Source: Podarcis muralis (lineage: Eukaryota). From it: a stretch of DNA of 64,000 nucleotides. This document shows, in pieces, positions 47,501 through 56,652 of the stretch. Both the position numbers and the translations under genes were made by a program. Below the pieces are notes generated by a model, which saw only the letters and a list, made by a program, of their open reading frames with translations, did not search any database and was not told where the DNA came from. The stretch lies in assembly GCF_964188315.1 (NCBI RefSeq), contig NC_135658.1, positions 124,001 to 188,000 of the forward strand, written 5' to 3'. The number at the start of each line of letters is the position of its first letter. Position 1 is the first letter of the stretch.

Positions 47501-50500
47501 CTGCCAGGGGAGAGTGTCTAGCCCTGGAAATAGGCAAATATCTTCCCACCATAGGAGTGGGAGAGCTGACCTTCTCTTTACCCTGCCAAGAAGTGGGTGG
47601 TGATGAAGGGAGGGTGGGCATGACTGAGCAGATCTCTCCCCCGCCCCTGGTTAGCCTTGGGCTGAGCAAAGTCTGCTTTAGGTGCCCCCTTCCTTCTGCC
47701 CCAGGATAACTGCACCCTCTGCTTATTCTCCTCCTCCTTCCAATTCTCAGTGGGGGGTCTTCACCGCTTCCCTGCCGAGAGGAAGGCAGTGAGTAGGGCC
47801 TGGACTGCCGGGAAAGCGCTGCTCTCCACCTTTCACCTGGGGGTGACGCCGGCTGTGATCCGCCAGAGGTACAACCTGACTGACAAGGACGTGGGCAGCT
47901 CCCGCAACAACAGCCAGGCCTGTGCCCAGGTAACTGGGGGGGCGTCCCCCCCCGACAGCCTCTCCGTTCCCTCAGTGTCCTGGGGCCAGCTGCTCTCAGC
48001 CCAGCCGCCCTCAGGGGTGCCCCTGGCAAGGAGGTGTGCTGGGTCTGGGTGCCCCACGCCTGCCTCTTCTCCTTCCCCTCCAGTTCCTGGAGCAGTACTT
48101 CCACCAAGCGGACCTGGCAGAGTTCATGGGTCTCTTTGGGAAGAGCTTCCCGCACCATCTGCGCGTGGACCAGGTGGTTGGGCACCAGGGCTGGGGCAAG
48201 GCCGGCCTGGAAGCCAGCCTGGACGTGGAGTACATCATGAGCTCCGGGGCCAACATCTCCACCTGGGTCTTCAGCAACGGTGGTACTGACCAGCACACTT
48301 GGCTCCCTGTCTTCCTATCCCCCCCCCCCCCCGGGAAGGGCTCCAACCTCTCTCTTGCCTCTCCCAGGGGACCTGGGAAGCGGGGTGGGGCAGGGACCCC
48401 CTGTGATGTGGCTGCTTTCTCTGCGCCACCCTCATCCTGGGACCAGTTGGGGCTGAGTGCTATACTGGAAGATGCTGGGAGGCTGGCGGGCTCTGCGCCC
48501 TCTCCCTGCCACCCGTTCCAGGATGAGGCAGACGTTTTGGAGGCAGGAGGGGGTCTCGGGGGCTGGCTTGCCCCCCACCTCTCCCTGTCGGCTCCCCGTG
48601 GGCTCTGCTGATATTCCTTCTCCCCTCGCCTCCCCAGGGAGGCATGAGAGCCAGGAGCCCTTCCTGCAGTGGCTGCTTGTGCTCAGCAACATGTCTGCCC
48701 TGCCCTGGGTGCACACGGTCAGCTACGGCGACGACGAGGACAGCCTGTCCCGGGCGTACATGGAGCGGGTCAACGTGGAGTTCATGAAGGCAGCCGCGCG
48801 AGGCATGAGCATCCTCTTTGCCTCAGGTTGGTGGAGGCAGGCAGCCTGAACCCTTTGGCTCCCCTCCCTCGAAACACAAAACTGTCTCTGAGGGCACTTT
48901 GGCCTCCATGTTCCTCCTGCTCTGCCACTGTGCCGTCAAGGGAAGCCTGTGAGGGGCAGGGCCTTCTTGGTTGTGGCACCTGCCTTTGAAATCCACTCCA
49001 AGGAGGGAGATGCATCTGGCTATCACTTTGTTGGCTGGGTGAACATCTCCTCCTGTCAGAAGATCTTCTCAGTGGTGGGTCTGCCTGCCTTGTATTGTGG
49101 GAGGAAGGCAGGGGCAAGATTTATGTTGACTTGGGACATTTTATTGTCCTCCTTGGCAAGCTGGTGGTGTTAGGCTGTGATTTATATTGTGTGTTAAAGC
49201 GCTTTCAGGGTTTCTTATTTTAATACATAGTATTGCTTAAACATCCCTTAATGTTGTGTTGTAGGCTGCTTTGGTACATTTACTATAAAATGTATTAATC
49301 TGCAGTATTTTTACTTCACTGGTTAATTTCAAAAACAATTGCAAGGCAGTTTTCCAAACGTATAATTAAAAACATCAAACATAGAATCAATGGTACAGAA
49401 TAAAACAGTAATGGCAATAAAATAGTGTAGCAGCAACATTTCAAAAAGGCAATAAAATTCAGGTTGCTGCCGATAAAGCAGGTTGCCCAGGCGGCTAAAG
49501 CAGTTTCCATGGTGTGCCTGAAAGGATAGAGCCGGGGGGGGGGGGGGGGGGAGGTCAGCATGTTTGGGGAGGGAGGGAAAGTGGCTTGCAAGTGCCGCCC
49601 CCAACTGGCCAGGTCTTTGGCTGCCCTTTCCCTGCAGGTGACTCTGGAGCAGGTTGTCGGTCAGTCCACGGAGGGAAGCACACCTTCCGGCCCAGCTTCC
49701 CAGCCTCCAGGTGAGAGGAGAGGAAGGCGCCGCGAGGGGCAGGTGGGGCTGGCGAAGGTGGGGCTTGACCCAGATCCACTCACAGAGGCCTGGCCCTTCC
49801 GCATCCCCCCCCCCCTGAGCATTATGCAGACATGCGCTTGTCTTTCCAAGCCCTTCTCTGAAACCAGGGCAGTGAGCCACTTGCGTCTTTTCCAAAATGC
49901 AGGGATTCTGTAGCAGATACTAGGTCTCAAATCTGCAGCCTTACTGGGTTAGGCCTGTGGCTTGGCAGGGGAGCCCTCCTTCTGCCAGCTGCCCTTTGAC
50001 GGAAGCAGAATCTTCTTGGGGAGGGGGGCTGCGTTCTGCCACCCTCAACCTCGCTGGGAGCTGCTGGAGGGCTGCCTGTCTTGGCAGACATCCTGGGAGG
50101 CTGGAACCCGTTGGTCTGCCGGTGCCTTTGTGACGCCTTGCCTTGCTGTGCCCACAGCCCATACGTGACCACAGTGGGGGGGACGTCGTTCCAGCACCCC
50201 TTCCTGGTCAGTGCCGAGGTCACGGACTCCATCAGCGGGGGAGGCTTCAGCAATGTCTTCCCGATGCCAAAGTACCAGGTGAGTCCCATGCCACTCGCAA
50301 GCTGCCATCGGGGCTCCCTGCTGGCTCCGGCAGAGTCATGTATCTGTTGACCCATCATGGCAGATTTCAGTCTGCAGCTCCTGGGCCCTTTGGGGTTCCC
50401 CATGATCCACTATGGAACTCCTTGCCACAAGCCTTCTTTAAAGTTGTGAACATTTGCATAAATGGCTTTTACTGTGGTGAAGAGGTGAATTTTGAAGCGC

Positions 50501-51336
50501 AGGAGCTCACCCTGAAGGGCTGCCAAGCCCCCCCCCCCCGAGAGTCCAGAAATGAAAGATCCTCCCAGGCGGGTGGGACTTGGGATCCCTCGCCCAGGAC
50601 CCGTCTCAGTGCTGCCTCCTTCCTCTTCTCGTCTCTCCCTCAACAGACAACAGCTGTGAAGCGGTTCCTGAGCACGACCTCCAAGCTGCCACCGTCCAGC
50701 TACTACAACAAGACGGGCAGAGCCTACCCAGACCTGGCCGCTCTCTCCGACAACTACTGGGTGGTCTCCAACCGCATCCCCATGCCCTGGGTCTCCGGCA
50801 CCTCGGTGAGGCTGCCCGCCTGGTGCCCGCTCCTGGGCAGGGCCGTCTGGGGTGCTGGGCCTCACTCTGCCTCTTCTCCCCCGACAGGCCTCGACTCCTG
50901 TGGTGGGGGGCATCATAGCTCTGATCAACGACCGGCGCCTCCAGCGAGGGCAGTCCCCCCTGGGCTTCCTCAACCCCGCCCTCTACCGGCTCCAGGAGAA
51001 GGGGAACAGCACTGCCCTCTATGACGTGAGTGTGGGAAGGGGCTGGGGCCGCATCCTGCTGAAGCAGTTTGGTCCTTGGCTTTGCCCAGCGGTGTGTGTG
51101 CACACAACACAGCAGCATTGCCACATGGGGCAAAGGGGGGGGTCTTTTTCTGGGGCTGCTCTGCCTGACGACACACTCTTCCCCTCTCCTCCTCTCAGGT
51201 GACCACGGGCTGCCACTACTCGTGTCTAGATGAAACTGTGCAGGGCCAAGGATTCTGCGCAGCTCCTTCCTGGGATCCCGTCACCGGCTGGGGGACGCCA
51301 AACTACCCAGAGCTCCTGTCTGCCCTGCTGGGCTAG
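44598..51336 (+). CDS. TPP1: Tripeptidyl-peptidase 1 (sedolisin S53, CLN2), 577 aa
   Basis: join(44598..44617,44722..44826,45543..45682,47059..47209,47309..47430,47751..47929,48084..48282,48638..48826,49638..49710,50158..50278,50647..50805,50888..51025,51199..51336) = 1734 nt. Catalytic EASLD, oxyanion SGDSG, nucleophile GTSAST, Ca-site [10 protein letters not shown]. Confidence 0.97.
45076..45328 (+). mobile_element. Squam3-like CORE SINE in TPP1 intron 2
   Basis: A box TGGTGTAGTGG, B box GGGTTCGATTCCC, CORE-like GTGACCTTGGGCCAGTCAC, L2-like tail GTGAGCCGCTTGG. Confidence 0.85.
45842..46424 (-). mobile_element. 5'-truncated L1 LINE in TPP1 intron 3
   Basis: L1 ORF2 C-terminus (EAFLLG...[11 protein letters not shown]...PTLEEW...W), A-rich tail, perfect 13-bp TSD ACAACACTGTTCT at 45829-45841 and 46425-46437. 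Confidence 0.93.
49150..49530. mobile_element. Decayed L2-like remnant in TPP1 intron 8
   Basis: AT-rich block; reverse strand reads [12 protein letters not shown], resembling the L2 FRxxHxTETAL motif; boundaries approximate. Confidence 0.4.
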
Positions 51337-52398
51337 GCGGCCACATCACACTTGCAGACATCCATGGCGCTTGGCCACTCAACAGCCGGGGGGAGCTGTG
51401 TGGGTTGGGAATCGCAGGCTGCAAGATGGAGGCAGGGGGCATTTCAGAGGGCCTCCCCCCGCCTCCACTGCAGGACCAAAAAGTGTGCATTGGCCTAACA
51501 GTGAAAGCAGAAATATGCAAACATTCATCTCTGTAAATCTATAGTGGTACGTCGGGAGGAGAAGGTGCAACTAAAAGCTAACAGTCTAAATTGTGTTTTG
51601 CGTGTGAAATACCTTGACGTGCAAAGGGTTGTGGTGTTTCTCTTAGCAAATGTGAGAACTGTGCATCTACAGCAACACAAGAGAAGTCCCATTGCTGGCA
51701 AATCAGGTAGGGGGAGGGGTCACAGAGTGTGCCTTTCTGCACTTAAAGGTGTGATGTACCCCCCCCTCCCCATACTCTCAGGATGAAGTCCTGCCTCTAG
51801 GAAACTGAACTCCATAGCCAAATGCTCTTGATCAGTTCTTCACAAGCTCCAACTGGAAACTACCTCATTGGAGTGAGGATGGGGGTTGCCCTCCCTCTGT
51901 TGGCGCTGTGTCTCCCGGACCCACTCATGGGGGGCCCACAAAATGCAACGCCAGCTCAGTCCCTCTCCTCTAGGCCACAGCTGCTCCCTAAGCAGAAGGC
52001 CTTGCTTGGGTCCTGGTCCCGATCCTGTCCCACCTGCAGGAACTGCTTTGCCAGCACTACTTGGGCACCGTTTGCAGGTTGGGGGATTTTTGGGTGGAGG
52101 GAGCCCAGTTCAGTGCCTCCATTGCCTGGAAATCTTTGCCAGGCAGCCCCCCCCCCCCTTCTTTCCCTCCTGCTCCAAGGTCAATGGAGGCAGCACTTCT
52201 TTCCCCACTCCCACCCCCTAATTTGCACTAGAGCATTTAATGTGGAAACACGGATATTCTTCCTCCAATAATGGATTTATATATTCAGCTTTGATAATTC
52301 TAAATACAATTACCGGTACTTATGGTTGTGATTTCTTTTTTTTAAAACAACAGATTTGTGGTGTCTCGGGTTCATGGGTGTGAATGCAAAAGCAGAGC

Positions 52399-52404
52399 AA
52401 TAAA
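52399..52404 (+). terminator. TPP1: Probable TPP1 polyadenylation signal
   Basis: AATAAA about 1.06 kb after the stop codon, just before the TAF10 CpG island. Confidence 0.65.
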
Positions 52405-52439
52405 TCAAGACTCTGGAGACTTGTCCCCGTCAGGGCTGT

Positions 52440-52996
52440 CCTGTGGTGTATGATTTCTGGCTTGGGCTGGGCGCGTCTCTCAAACTCAGCCTCGGCTCGC
52501 CCAGGCCCACCTGCAGTTGCTGCCGGAGGGGACTGAACCCGGAAGGGGGGGGGTCGGGACCCCTTCCGTTCTTCCCCACGCTGCTCGAGTCCCGCCCCGT
52601 GAGCAGCAGCGCAGGCGCGCCCCCGGCTCAGCCCAAAGGGCCCCGTCCCCCCCATCCCGGCCAGCGGAGCCCGACCGAGAGCCCGCTCCTCCTCCTCCTC
52701 CTCCTCCTCCTCCTCCGGGGATTGGCCCACTCCGCCTTGGGCGCCGCCGCTGCTGCTGCCTCTCTGGTGGCCGGGAGTTCCGCAGCCCAACTCGGCCGCC
52801 CCCCGCCCCGCCCCGGACAGGAGGGCGGAAGTGGCGTCTGCGTGGAGGCCGTAGAAGATCGGCCCGGAAAAGGAAGCGGCGGCCGCCGCTCAGGCCCCGC
52901 CCCTCCACTTCCGGGACCCTCTTCCCCTCCCTCTCGGCTGGGCTCGCGGCGCCTGCGCAGACGCCGCTCGGAGCGACGCTGCTGGCCGGGGACTCC
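52440..52996 (+). promoter_or_regulatory. TAF10: TAF10 CpG-island promoter
   Basis: GC boxes CCCCGCCCCGCCCC (about 52797-52814) and about 52893; ETS/GABP motifs CGGAAGTG 52826 and CACTTCCGG 52906; (CTC)10 at 52686. Confidence 0.75.
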
Positions 52997-54251
52997 ATGA
53001 GCGCCATCGGGGGAAGCGGAGGCGGAGGCGGCGGAGGAGGAGGAGGCGGCTTGGAGCCCGACCTCAGCCCGGCCGTCCCCGTCCCCCTCCCCGCCGCCGG
53101 GGGAGACAGCGCCAAGGGCAGCCCGGGGCTCGTGGCGGCCGTGGCCGGAGCCGGAGGGGCCGGTGAGAGAGATGGGGGGGGGGGAAGGGGCGGGAGGTGG
53201 GGGGGCAGTGGGGGGAGGGGAGGGGCAGTGGGGGGAGGGGAGGGGCAGTGGGGGGAGGGGAGGGCAGGGGGGAGAGGGGAGGGGCAGTGGGGGGAGATGG
53301 AGGGGAGGGCAGTGGGGGGAGGGGACCTTCGCCCAGGGTCCCTCTCTAAATCCCTCTCTCTCCCCGCAGGTGCCTCCTCCTCCTCTTCTTCCTCCTCTTC
53401 TTCTTCCTCCTCCTCTTCCTCCTCCTCCTCACTGCTGGCGCATCCCGCGGAGGCGGCGCCCTCGGTGCCCAACGGGATCTTCGCGCCGCCTGGAGCAGCC
53501 GCCAACGGGGACTCAAAGCCTGCCGCCCTCGCCGCCGCCTCCTCCTCCTCGGCGGCCTCCGCCGCCCCGGCCTCCTCTCCCGCCTCCAGCGCCCCGCTGG
53601 TTGACTTCCTGCTGCAGCTGGAGGATTACACGCCCACGGTGAGGCCCCCTTCCCCGCCCGGCCCCCGGCAGCCTCGCCGGCCCCTGGTGGCATCTCCCTC
53701 TTGAACCGCCCTCCTCGTGCTTCCCTTCCAGATCCCAGATGCCGTCACAGGCTACTACCTGAACCGCGCTGGCTTCGAAGCTTCCGATCCGCGCATGTAA
53801 GTGGAGCTGTGGGGGGAGAGACCACGTCCCCAGGACAGATAGACTGCCCCTTCCTCTAGGGGCCCCGTGTGGCTCTTCGGGACCCATCCTAGGGCTCACC
53901 CGCCCCTCCCCTCATCCCTCCTCTGATTTCCCCTTCCAGCATCCGCCTGATCTCCTTGGCCGCCCAGAAGTTCATCTCCGACATTGCCAACGACGCTCTG
54001 CAGCACTGCAAGATGAAGGGGACGGCCTCTGGCAGCTCCCGAAACAAGAGCAAGGTGAGGTCCCCCAATGCCCCCCCCTCACAGGGGGCCCTTCCAGAAC
54101 TCTCCCTTGAGGTGCCCAGGAGGGAGGCCCTGCTGACGCCCCTCCCTCTCCCCCACTGCAGGACAAGAAGTACACCCTCACCATGGAGGACCTTGCGCCC
54201 GCGCTCTCCGAGTACGGCATCAACGTCAAGAAGCCCCACTACTTCACTTAG
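52997..54251 (+). CDS. TAF10: Transcription initiation factor TFIID subunit 10, 234 aa
   Basis: join(52997..53162,53370..53638,53732..53796,53940..54054,54162..54251) = 705 nt. Histone fold [61 protein letters not shown]...[13 protein letters not shown]. Confidence 0.96.
53174..53325 (+). repeat. G-rich minisatellite (unit about GGGGCAGTGGGGGGAGGGGA) in TAF10 intron 1
   Basis: About 5-6 degenerate copies with more than 20 G-runs; G-quadruplex potential on the sense strand. Confidence 0.85.
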
Positions 54252-54309
54252 CTGCCCGACCACTGGATTCGCTCTTGGACTGCTTCTCTTTCCTCTTGGC
54301 TGCTGTACC

Positions 54310-54315
54310 ATTAAA
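54310..54315 (+). terminator. TAF10: Probable TAF10 polyadenylation signal
   Basis: ATTAAA about 60 nt after the stop codon. Confidence 0.65.
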
Positions 54316-54564
54316 GTTCTCCCTTTCTTGAGCTCCCTGCCCTGCCTGTCGCTCCTTCTGCATCGGAGGAGGAGGGGAGCAGCTCTGGTAAAAGATGGGG
54401 GGGGTGTATTTGAAGCAAAGGTGTGCCAGAACACCTGGGGGGATAATGAAGATGTCTCTGGCTGGCCTGGGCATGACATTCCTGGGACACCCAAGGAAGT
54501 TCATCCAGCATTTCCTGTGGTGCAGGTGGAAGGTAAAGGCAAAGGCAGTGGTATTTAATAGACT

Positions 54565-54868
54565 CTTAGAGTTGGAAGACACCCCGAGGGTCATCTAGTC
54601 CAACCCAGCTGCAGTGCAGGAGTCTCAAGAAAGGAGGTTCCGACTAAACATTCAAAAAAACTTTCTGACATTATTATTTATACTCTGCCCATCTGGCTGG
54701 GCTTCCCCAGCCACTCTGGGTGGCTTCCAATAAAATACGAAAATACATCAAACATTAAAAGCTTCCCTACACAGGGCTGTTTTCAGATGTCTTCTAAAAG
54801 TCTGGTAGTTGTTGTTCTCTTTGAGATGGCCCTTGGGATCCCTTCCAGCTCGTAAGAGTCTATGATTC
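54565..54868. mobile_element. CR1 tail (-), CR1 3' piece (+, 54627-54669 and 54825-54868) and an inserted L2 tail (-, 54670-54824)
   Basis: CAAGAAAGGAGGTTCCGACTAAACATTC...CTTTCTGACA | TTATTATTTATACTCTGCCCATCTGGCTGGG...| GATGGCCCTTGGGATCCCTTCCAGCTC...TATGATTC. Confidence 0.7.
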
Positions 54869-56307
54869 CTGTGAGTCTTCACTTCTCCAGGCTCAGCATA
54901 CCTAACAGGTCATCTTAGTTGCCCTCTGCGCGTGCTCCAGAGAATGGGAATGGCCTGGGCAGGGCCTCCCTCCTCCGTCTTGTTGGCACTAGGGCAGTGA
55001 TGTTCCTGGACAGCGAAGCTCGTCCAGCATTGCCTGTGATGTGTGGGGAAGCCAAGGTCAGCGAGGCTTCTGAAGGCCACTTGCAGGAAGCCACACCAGG
55101 GGAGATGGGCTCTGGTGCCTGGGTGCTGCTTGCTTGTTCCCTGTGGGGAAATCTGGCTGGCCCCCAAGAGAACAATTTGCTGGACTTGGTGGGCCCGCTT
55201 GGCCCTGATCCAGGAGCAAAAGAGCTAGGAATTGCAGGGAGGAGGTGGGTGGAAAGCTTGACTGCTCCAGGGTCAGGGGTTCAGTTGCTCCAGCTGCAGC
55301 AGCTTTTCTCTTTGGTTACTTATGCTGGGCTGGGGAAACCAGAGGGAACTGGCCTCTGGAAGGTCAAACTCCCCCCATCATCTGGATTTGCTGTAGTGAT
55401 CTTCCAGTGCCCCACAGGTTTTGAACCATTCTATTGGAGAAGGGGGACTTTGGGGCAATGGGATGGCAGTGGTCCGTTGGGCAGCAGGTGCGCCTCCTAC
55501 CCTTCTATGGTAGGCGACAGTCCAGGCCCTCCAAAACTCACACACAAAGTCCCTCTCTGTCCAGTCAGGCACGGTCACAGTTGGCAGTTTTTTCCACTAG
55601 GCAAAAACGCTTCAGGAGGGCATGGAGCTGTGCGAAACAGCCCCCCCCCCCCCCCGCATGCAGCCAAGTGGCTCTGCGTGACTCAGCAGCTGCCTCAGAG
55701 CCTCCCCTGTCCTGTGACCACGGCCACCAACCACGCAGTAACTCAAGCGCTGCAACATGGCGATGGGCATTGCAGCTCGCAGAGGGTGGCCTCAGTTGAT
55801 GCCCATGAGAACACCCCCCGGCCGCACCCATTGCATCTCTTCTGCTTTCTCCCATTCCAATGGGTCATTTGGTTTTCTCCTTCTGTCTCTCCACCGAGAA
55901 GGTGTGTGGAGGAGATTACTTGTGGAGAAGGGAAACTTACTCTAGAAGGAAAACCACAAGCGTGCTGCTGGCTCCGGCGAGAGGCCTATCTCACCCACCA
56001 CAGCCGGGGAGCCCAGAGGCACGTTGCCTCTGGTGCTGGAGCAGCTGCAGAGCTGCTAGGAGCAGCGGCCTGATCCTGCTCAAAGCACCCACATGTGCTG
56101 GGCATGAGAACCCCAATACAGCCACCTCCCCACAGTAGACTGTCGTATGTTGGAGATGGACCAGGCTCCCGGGGGAGAGGGTGGCAATGGCAGGAGGGAC
56201 TGGGGCAACTGTCCTCTTCAGCCGAGGCCCACCAGGGAAGCTGGGGCAGCGGGCTCTGTCCCCCTCACCCCACAAAGGCTGCAGTGACCACTGTCTCCTT
56301 TAATAAC

Positions 56308-56313
56308 TTTATT
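56308..56313 (-). terminator. ILK: Probable ILK polyadenylation signal
   Basis: TTTATT on + (AATAAA on -), about 340 nt after the ILK stop codon. Confidence 0.7.
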
Positions 56314-56652
56314 TTGAGCCCTCTGGCTTGGGCCGGGGCCTGCATAGAAAAGATAAAAACCGTGCAGCGCAGAGGCAGGCGGTGGGCTCCGAGTGCGAGG
56401 CGACGTTGCTGATGCGCGCTGAGGGGACGGGGCACTGAGGAAGGCAGCGCAGCATTGCTGGGGGAGCTTAAAGGCCAGGGCAGCTTACAGCAGGGACCCC
56501 CCCCAAATAGAGCTGCCCCGAAAGGGGAGGGGGGCAAGGCGGTGGCTCCTTCTGTACCGTTTTGTTTCAAGAGGAAGTGGCGCTTCCTGTCAACAGCGCC
56601 TCCCCAAGGCACTTGTGGGCAGGTTGGGGGGGCTGCAGAGCACACACCCCCC

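Noticed and set aside
44618-48832. Unusual TPP1 donors (GTACCG, GTACGG, GTACTG, GTTGGT) as minor-spliceosome introns
   Set aside because: None has the U12 signature GTATCCTT; they are weak U2 donors.
51199-51336. TPP1 Ca-binding loop reads AAPSWD rather than human SGPGWD
   Set aside because: Those positions bind through backbone carbonyls and the Asp residues are intact; probably a tolerated or ancestral variant.
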